DNA of 61,941 nt from a virus (lineage: Duplodnaviria > Caudoviricetes), in the IMG/VR virus record IMGVR_UViG_3300033144_000144, positions 1 to 61,941 of that record, one strand, 5' to 3'. Of this stretch, positions 56,320 to 61,941 are shown in pieces. Position 1 is the first letter of the stretch; each line of letters opens with the position of its first letter. Position numbers and translations under genes: made by a program. The notes below the pieces were generated by a model. It saw only the letters and a list, made by a program, of their open reading frames with translations, was not told the origin of the DNA and made no database searches.

Positions 56320-58398
56320 TTATGATACCTTGGCTATCGTGTAGTTTAATGCATTAGCACCTACAGAAGCTGCAACGGTAATTGTTACTTCATTTACCGA
56401 TGGTCGTGTAATTCGTGCATAAACAGTATCATAATTTCCACTATTTAAGTAAACTTCCACCTGTACATTTCTTGTGTTAAATCCATGATTTATAGTCCAA
56501 GATGCTGCACTACCAATAGTTCCGCTTTTATGGTTACCAGTAGAAACACATGATTCAACTTCATCACAGAAGTTAGTTACTTGAGAAGCAGCTATTTGAA
56601 TGCTTTGTGCTGACTTAGATGTTACCCTACCTTTAGAATCTGTAGTTATACTTAACGATTGACTCGCACTACCTACTGAACCTGAAGATCCTGTATTTGG
56701 TAAACTTACCGCACCAGATGAAACGCTAAGTCCACCAGCTGTTGGGAAGTTTGCGATACCTAATACTGTAGCTGTTGCTACATCAATGTTCTTGTTAATC
56801 TCTGTCCAATCACCAGCATTTACAGGGTTGTCTTGATTAGCAATAATCAAATCACCAACTTCTAATTGAGGACTCCAGAATCCAGCTGGACTACCTGTAC
56901 CAGCAACTGTTACTGCATAAGTAAATCCTTTCTTAATTGAAGTTCCTGTTGGTGCAGCTGTTGTTGCATCGTAACCACCTTGATAAATTAAAGCTCCTGA
57001 TCCAGCAAAAGTTGTATCTACATAGTTCTTAGTTGCCGCATCTTGAGCAGCAGTAGGATCAGTAACATTAATAAGTTTTTTATTATTGATACTAAGGTTT
57101 GCTGAAGGTACAGCAAATTGGCTTAATGAAATCTTCTCACTTAAAATTCTTTTATTACCACTACCGTCCCAGAAAGCTAAGTAATCAGTTGATTGATTCC
57201 ATGATGTTTCAATTGAAAGCTCATCTAAAGCTAAAGCAAAAGATACCTCATCACCAGCAAGGCCTCGTGTTGCAATTCCATTATCACCAGTAAGTGTTAA
57301 TGTATTACCATCACTTATTGTATTTGTTTGTCCACCATCCGCAGCAACTTCAAAAGAACTCATAGTTCCTGGTGCACTACCAGCAGTAATTGCTGTGACA
57401 TGGCCAAATGCATTAACCGTAACAGAAGATGGATATGCACTTGTACCAGCGGTTACACCTGAGTTATCATGCTTTACAGTAACTGTATCTGGAGAACTAA
57501 CTACTGTTGATATTGGAGCAGTTCCAGCAATTGTAACTGTATTACCATCACTAACAGTTTCTGTTGTTCCAGAATCCGCAGCTAAATCCCAAGAAGTCAT
57601 TGTACCAGCACCACCAGCTGTAGCGGCAGTTACCCTACCGTATTGGTCAACTGTAATGTTAGCCGATGTATATGAACCAGCTGAAACACCTGAATTTGTT
57701 AAATTAACATCTAAAGTGTTAGCTGTAGAAGCGTCAAAAGAAAGAGTACCTGTTGAACTTAAAAACTCTACCGTAGCCGCTGAAGCAACAGTAAATGTAT
57801 TACTACCATCACTAACCTCCCAGCCATTATATCCAGCTGGAACACTTGCCCAAGTACCGTCTTGTCTTAAGAACTGACCAGAACTACCACCAGTTAGGTT
57901 AAAGGTTATTGTACCACCTGAACCAGTTAAAGGAGAATTTCCTACAGCAAATGCTGCAATGTTAGAAGTAAATCCAACACTTGTAATTCCAGAATTGTTA
58001 GTGAATGGCAAGTCACTAACATTACCAAAGTTTACGACAGAAGATCCATCGCTATACAGAATATCCGCAGATGCTGGTATAGCTGTTCCTTGTGCGTCAG
58101 TAGCTTTTAAAACAACATTGTTTGAAGTGTCATAAGCTACAGAAACTGTAGCAACACCAGCACTTGTATTTACTTTAATACCAGAACCAGCTGATACTCC
58201 AGTAACAGAACCTTGTCCATCTAATTCTACCCATTGATTGTTAACACCATCGTAGTACTTAATAGTACCAGCGTTAGAGTCATAAACTATTTGACCACCA
58301 CCGAGATTTGATGATGGTGTACCTGTTGAACTTTGTAATAGAACATTTGATATCTCTGTTCCGTTAAAATCAATTCCTTCTAAAAACTGTATTGCCAT
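56320..58398 (-). CDS. Tail fibre protein
   Basis: DPTAAQDAATKNYVD, TVDQYGRVT, WTINHGFNTR. Confidence 0.8.
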   Translation of the reverse strand: MAIQFLEGIDFNGTEISNVLLQSSTGTPSSNLGGGQIVYDSNAGTIKYYDGVNNQWVELDGQGSVTGVSAGSGIKVNTSAGVATVSVAYDTSNNVVLKATDAQGTAIPASADILYSDGSSVVNFGNVSDLPFTNNSGITSVGFTSNIAAFAVGNSPLTGSGGTITFNLTGGSSGQFLRQDGTWASVPAGYNGWEVSDGSNTFTVASAATVEFLSSTGTLSFDASTANTLDVNLTNSGVSAGSYTSANITVDQYGRVTAATAGGAGTMTSWDLAADSGTTETVSDGNTVTIAGTAPISTVVSSPDTVTVKHDNSGVTAGTSAYPSSVTVNAFGHVTAITAGSAPGTMSSFEVAADGGQTNTISDGNTLTLTGDNGIATRGLAGDEVSFALALDELSIETSWNQSTDYLAFWDGSGNKRILSEKISLSQFAVPSANLSINNKKLINVTDPTAAQDAATKNYVDTTFAGSGALIYQGGYDATTAAPTGTSIKKGFTYAVTVAGTGSPAGFWSPQLEVGDLIIANQDNPVNAGDWTEINKNIDVATATVLGIANFPTAGGLSVSSGAVSLPNTGSSGSVGSASQSLSITTDSKGRVTSKSAQSIQIAASQVTNFCDEVESCVSTGNHKSGTIGSAASWTINHGFNTRNVQVEVYLNSGNYDTVYARITRPSVNEVTITVAASVGANALNYTIAKVS

Positions 58399-58410
58399 AA
58401 TTGTTATTCT

Positions 58411-59145
58411 TTAGTTACAAAACGCTTCTCCTGAAAAAGGTGCGTTAAATGTTATTGTTAATTTATTTTTATCTATATAATCTACTCTTCCGTACACTTG
58501 CTCCTTAAATGAGTTAACCACACTTACTGATGGATACTTATTTAAGTTGTGATTTACAACCCATACTAACTGTGGTGTTCCTTGTGAAAAATTAAAGGTT
58601 TTGTCACCACCTATTGCAGTAGGATTCCAATTCAACAAAGATATGAAATATTCTTCACCAGCTACAAGCGATCCTTGAGACGCTTGATGAGTTAAAGATA
58701 TATTATAAAAATCCGTTTCTATAGGATCTGGAGTTGCATTACTCCACATATATACTCCGAATTTACTTATGTCTTTTGTGTTAGAAATAAAAACACGAGA
58801 GTCAATTAGTTTAGTATAAAAATCAGAAATATCAATTGGATTATTACCCATTGCCAAATACTGTAAGGAATAGTTACTTAACATGAACTGAAGGTTCGCA
58901 TTAAAAGAAACTTGTGTTCCTTGATTTGGATTAAAAGAAATTGTTCCTTTCTCTCTGGGCATAGTTGGCTGAACAAATTGAAATTTATATCTCAATGTTT
59001 GCGAATCTACTGCTGAGGTAAGATTGATAAATTCAATCACCTCTTCAACCGTAAAGTTTTTAGTAGCATCAGTACCTTGCTTAGTACCTATCCACTTGTC
59101 TCCCAGTTGAACATTAGACGCTATTGGATAACTTTCAATTCTCAT
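58411..59145 (-). CDS. Fibre-associated structural protein
   Basis: C-terminal WVVNHNLNKYPSVSVV domain. Confidence 0.7.
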   Translation of the reverse strand: MRIESYPIASNVQLGDKWIGTKQGTDATKNFTVEEVIEFINLTSAVDSQTLRYKFQFVQPTMPREKGTISFNPNQGTQVSFNANLQFMLSNYSLQYLAMGNNPIDISDFYTKLIDSRVFISNTKDISKFGVYMWSNATPDPIETDFYNISLTHQASQGSLVAGEEYFISLLNWNPTAIGGDKTFNFSQGTPQLVWVVNHNLNKYPSVSVVNSFKEQVYGRVDYIDKNKLTITFNAPFSGEAFCN

Positions 59146-59151
59146 GTTCTT

Positions 59152-59400
59152 TTACTTTTCTACCTTGAGTTCTTCTTTCTCTTTTATAACACCTGTCTCT
59201 AAATTGATTATAGCATCCTTGCCATACTTCTCTCCGAGATCAGTTTCTAAAGCCTGAAACTCTGCTTTAATTCTTTCTACCTTCAAACACAATCCATGTT
59301 TTTGTAATGTAAGATCTCCTAATTGAGACTTAACAGTATTAAACTCTGTGTTTAAAGATTGGAGCTTTGTAAGCTCTTGTTCACTTAATTTTTTTTCCAT
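59152..59400 (-). CDS. Small coiled-coil protein (paralogue of 55291..55551)
   Basis: EKYGKDAIINLETGVI. Confidence 0.7.
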   Translation of the reverse strand: MEKKLSEQELTKLQSLNTEFNTVKSQLGDLTLQKHGLCLKVERIKAEFQALETDLGEKYGKDAIINLETGVIKEKEELKVEK

Positions 59401-59452
59401 TATAGTAAATTTAATTATTTACGCAAAGATAATAAAAGTTATCGAACCTCTT

Positions 59453-59587
59453 TTACTTTCCTTGCCCCCTATATTTTTTAGAATAGTTCTTGCTTGACTT
59501 AAGAGAACTGGTTTTAGATTTGCTATGTACCCCTGGTCTTTTTTTCTTAGATGAAGACCTATATACAAACGCTACTGATTTAGCCAT
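59453..59587 (-). CDS. Small basic protein, 44 aa
   Basis: Hand translation MAKSVAFVYRSSSKKKRPGVHSKSKTSSLKSSKNYSKKYRGQGK. Confidence 0.65.
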   Translation of the reverse strand: MAKSVAFVYRSSSKKKRPGVHSKSKTSSLKSSKNYSKKYRGQGK

Positions 59588-59588
59588 T

Positions 59589-59981
59589 TTATTTTTTTAT
59601 TTTTTCAAATGTTCTTCCACCGAAATAAGATCCAATAACAACCATCAAGATTACTTCTAAAAGTGAAGTCCACTTTTCTTCTACATTAAATGAAATCGTT
59701 CCAGCGTCAATGAATATTAGGAGAACTGTACACAACACTAAGAATATTAAGACCATAGGCCTAACATTCTTACTGAGCCACGAATCGGATTTCAAATCGT
59801 AGCCCCAACGCTCAGTTACATTTCTTTGCATCTCTGCTTCAGCTTCGATAAAAAGTTTTTGCATTTCCATTTCAAAGGCTGCTTTTTCTTCCTTTGTTTG
59901 AATAAACTTATCTGCAATGTTAGCTACCTTATCAGCTACATTTAATGCACCCTTACCAAATATCTTAGTCCATATACTCAT
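59589..59981 (-). CDS. Holin (3TM gene-transfer-release-like)
   Basis: SDSWLSKNVRP, TM segments, YFGGRTFEK. Confidence 0.8.
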   Translation of the reverse strand: MSIWTKIFGKGALNVADKVANIADKFIQTKEEKAAFEMEMQKLFIEAEAEMQRNVTERWGYDLKSDSWLSKNVRPMVLIFLVLCTVLLIFIDAGTISFNVEEKWTSLLEVILMVVIGSYFGGRTFEKIKK

Positions 59982-60235
59982 TATCTTCTTGATTTTTTAC
60001 CTACACATTTCCATCTCTTACGAGATAAATTATTAGGAGTGTTAGGATCATTTCTTTTCCCAATAGGTAATCCCATTTTTATTCCATAACTTCTTGCACA
60101 ATATGAATCACCTTTAGAAGTACCAGGCTTTACTCTTGGGCCTCCGCCTTTAGCCTTACCAGCTTGTCCGTAACTAACCTTCTTACCACTTGCGGTAATT
60201 TTTACTTTTGCTTTTCCTTTTCTTGGTGTTGCCAT
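59981..60235 (-). CDS. Small basic protein (YCARS...SRKRWKC)
   Basis: 84-aa ORF. Confidence 0.75.
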   Translation of the reverse strand: MATPRKGKAKVKITASGKKVSYGQAGKAKGGGPRVKPGTSKGDSYCARSYGIKMGLPIGKRNDPNTPNNLSRKRWKCVGKKSRR

Positions 60236-60236
60236 A

Positions 60237-60464
60237 TTATACTCCTTTTACATTTTTAACAAATTGTTTTCCTTTAGATCCTTCTTTCTTTTTCTTTCTT
60301 GCGGTTGCAGAAAGTTTACTTTTAGATAATCGTCTTGCTTTTGCTAATGGTAAACAACGATCAGGATTCTTTTTGTTTTTAGATGTACCACATGGCCCTT
60401 TTATTTTACCATCAGTTCCAATACGAACCCACTTCTCTTCTCTCCATTTTTTTAACTCCCCCAT
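60237..60464 (-). CDS. Small basic protein (LKKWxxEKWV, DUF5872-like)
   Basis: 75-aa ORF. Confidence 0.65.
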   Translation of the reverse strand: MGELKKWREEKWVRIGTDGKIKGPCGTSKNKKNPDRCLPLAKARRLSKSKLSATARKKKKEGSKGKQFVKNVKGV

Positions 60465-60625
60465 TACTTTTTCTTTTTACCTTTTGCGTAATTAGGATCT
60501 TTACAATACTTAGATGCTGCCATGTTAGCATATGCACTTGGGTATTTATCAAATGTTCTTTTTGCCCAAGCTATTCCAGCTGGACAAATTTTATTTCCTT
60601 TTTTCTTTTTAGTTCTTCCAGCCAT
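60464..60625 (-). CDS. Small basic protein, 53 aa (YPSAYAN motif)
   Basis: Hand translation MAGRTKKKKGNKICPAGIAWAKRTFDKYPSAYANMAASKYCKDPNYAKGKKKK. Confidence 0.7.
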   Translation of the reverse strand: MAGRTKKKKGNKICPAGIAWAKRTFDKYPSAYANMAASKYCKDPNYAKGKKKK

Positions 60626-61034
60626 TAGTTATGTCTTTATATTCTTCTGTCGCATCAAAAGAAGGACAGGCTTTAGATGAAAAATCCCGATGACCATGTA
60701 TAATAGCATCAGGGTGTAACTTGACTAAAACAGTTAGTAACTGTCTTAAACTAATGATTTGTTCTGGTGTTCTTGTGTCTTTTGGATTTAAGTCTTTATC
60801 GACTCCTCCGATATAACATATCCCAATGCTATATTTATTTTTTCCTTTAGTATGAGCTCCTGGTGTAGCGACAGGTCTTCCGTACTCTATTGATCCATCT
60901 AATCCTATAACGAAATGATATCCGATTCCTGACCAGCCTCGTGCCTTATGCCAAACATCTATCGTGGCAGCATCGATGTTCTGTCCCTCTCTGGTTGCAG
61001 AACAGTGAACTATAATTTTTCTAATCTTTCTCAT
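60609..61034 (-). CDS. Endolysin, N-acetylmuramoyl-L-alanine amidase (T7 lysozyme-like)
   Basis: IVHCSAT, IGYHFVI, GAHTKG, GICYIGG, GHRD, KACPSF; start MRKIRK at 61034. Confidence 0.93.
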   Translation of the reverse strand: MRKIRKIIVHCSATREGQNIDAATIDVWHKARGWSGIGYHFVIGLDGSIEYGRPVATPGAHTKGKNKYSIGICYIGGVDKDLNPKDTRTPEQIISLRQLLTVLVKLHPDAIIHGHRDFSSKACPSFDATEEYKDITNGWKN

Positions 61035-61224
61035 TATCCTTTCCCTTCGCAAACTTGTAAATCGTAAACGCAATGGCAAGGCTTAATGATATAAATTGTA
61101 AAATTTCGTTACACTCGGTAAGTGTTAATCCTAATGCTCCAGCATTTGCCAGGCCTACTTCTACGGTATCTTTCACGCTTTTAGTCATTTTTAATGTTAA
61201 TTGTATCGCTTTGATACCACTCAA
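61021..61224 (-). CDS. Small membrane protein upstream of endolysin (holin/antiholin-like)
   Basis: Hydrophobic ILQFISLSLAIAFTIY, basic tail. Confidence 0.55.
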   Translation of the reverse strand: MSGIKAIQLTLKMTKSVKDTVEVGLANAGALGLTLTECNEILQFISLSLAIAFTIYKFAKGKDNEKD

Positions 61225-61288
61225 TCATTTCAGTATGTGTCGATGTTTCTATCCAGTTGATCATGGTTACAAAGATATAATTATTTAT

Positions 61289-61522
61289 TTAGACTTTTCG
61301 GCCAGGTTTCATGGCTCTGGTTGCGTCTCGGACACCCTTACTTTTCTTATGTAAATCGGTATGAGCTTTAACAACACTCTTAACCATGTTGTAAGCTGTC
61401 TTGACAGGATTTGGGGGACTACCCATCTTAACTTTCTTTTCAGCCGCAGTTAGCCTACGAAGTTGTTTGTTGGCATTCCTGTGGTTCTTGTTGGTTTTAT
61501 TTTTTCCGTTGGGATCTGGCAT
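61289..61522 (-). CDS. Small basic hypothetical protein
   Basis: 77-aa ORF. Confidence 0.6.
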   Translation of the reverse strand: MPDPNGKNKTNKNHRNANKQLRRLTAAEKKVKMGSPPNPVKTAYNMVKSVVKAHTDLHKKSKGVRDATRAMKPGRKV

Positions 61523-61532
61523 AACTATCTGA

Positions 61533-61827
61533 TTACCAAAGTGCTACAATATTCTCTACAGTAGTTCCTGTTTTTCTTACCATTATAACATTGATAGGAT
61601 GATAGTGCCCAGGGATTACATTCTTATATGTAATAGGACTCATTCCTGTAACATCATCAGCTTGAGTCCAAGAATGATTTTGTTCTGCCATAACAACTGT
61701 TAGGTCACCACCAATAGCTGGGTTTGTCGGCCCAACATTACCTGATACAAATCCTCCAGTATATAGGTTACATGCTTCGGCTTGTCTGTTATAAATATTA
61801 AATACTGCACCAGCTGAACCTGTAGCT
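61533..61827 (-). CDS. 3' part of junction-spanning structural protein
   Basis: Continuation of ORF starting at 263; ends ENIVALW. Confidence 0.8.
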
Positions 61828-61941
61828 CCTCCTGAAAGTCTAATGTTTTGATCATCAATAACCTCAAGAACCCAATAAGCCTCTCCGTCTGTTGTATTAT
61901 ATACAATTGCTCCTGGATTAATTCCAGCTGCCTCCAAACCT
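61828..61941. repeat. Terminal direct repeat, copy 2
   Basis: Identical to 1-114. Confidence 0.95.

Noticed and set aside
52406-59145. Diversity-generating retroelement or invertible fibre locus
   Set aside because: No reverse transcriptase, recombinase or adenine-variable repeat pair seen
1-61941. Stop-codon reassignment as in some crAss-like phages
   Set aside because: Genes are long and densely packed in the standard code, TAA, TAG and TGA all end genes, and no suppressor tRNA was seen

Overview
The window is an apparently complete, circularly assembled AT-rich dsDNA phage genome. Bases 1-114 repeat exactly at 61828-61941, giving 61,827 bp of unique sequence, and one gene runs across the junction. 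The host is almost certainly Bacteroidota (probably Flavobacteriia): TTTG-N19/20-TAnnTTTG promoters recur and leaders are AU-rich without Shine-Dalgarno motifs. The + strand arm (5.3-20.5 kb) holds small early genes, Sak3-like recombinase, exonuclease, SSB, primase-SF3 helicase, SF2 helicase, VRR-NUC, a metallophosphoesterase and tRNA-Arg(TCT). The - strand arm holds GroEL/GroES, a cluster of very basic small proteins, lysis genes, tail fibres, and a crAss-like podoviral TerL-portal-scaffold-capsid-ring-muzzle module with ejection proteins, including a 2893-aa protein. I recognised no DNA polymerase, RNA polymerase or integrase. The most striking signal is four type I hammerhead ribozymes, each at a stop codon in the early operon. 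Three share an identical stem I (AUACU/AGUAU), so the released gene cassettes could re-close into circles or be shuffled. Also notable: an unexplained multi-stem RNA at 8080-8173, two copies of a ~104-bp origin-like element (4376-4479, 13840-13942), DnaA-box-like iterons near two DnaA-domain-IV proteins, and apparent avoidance of GGWCC and GCAGG. All protein family calls come from motif recognition by eye, not database searches.
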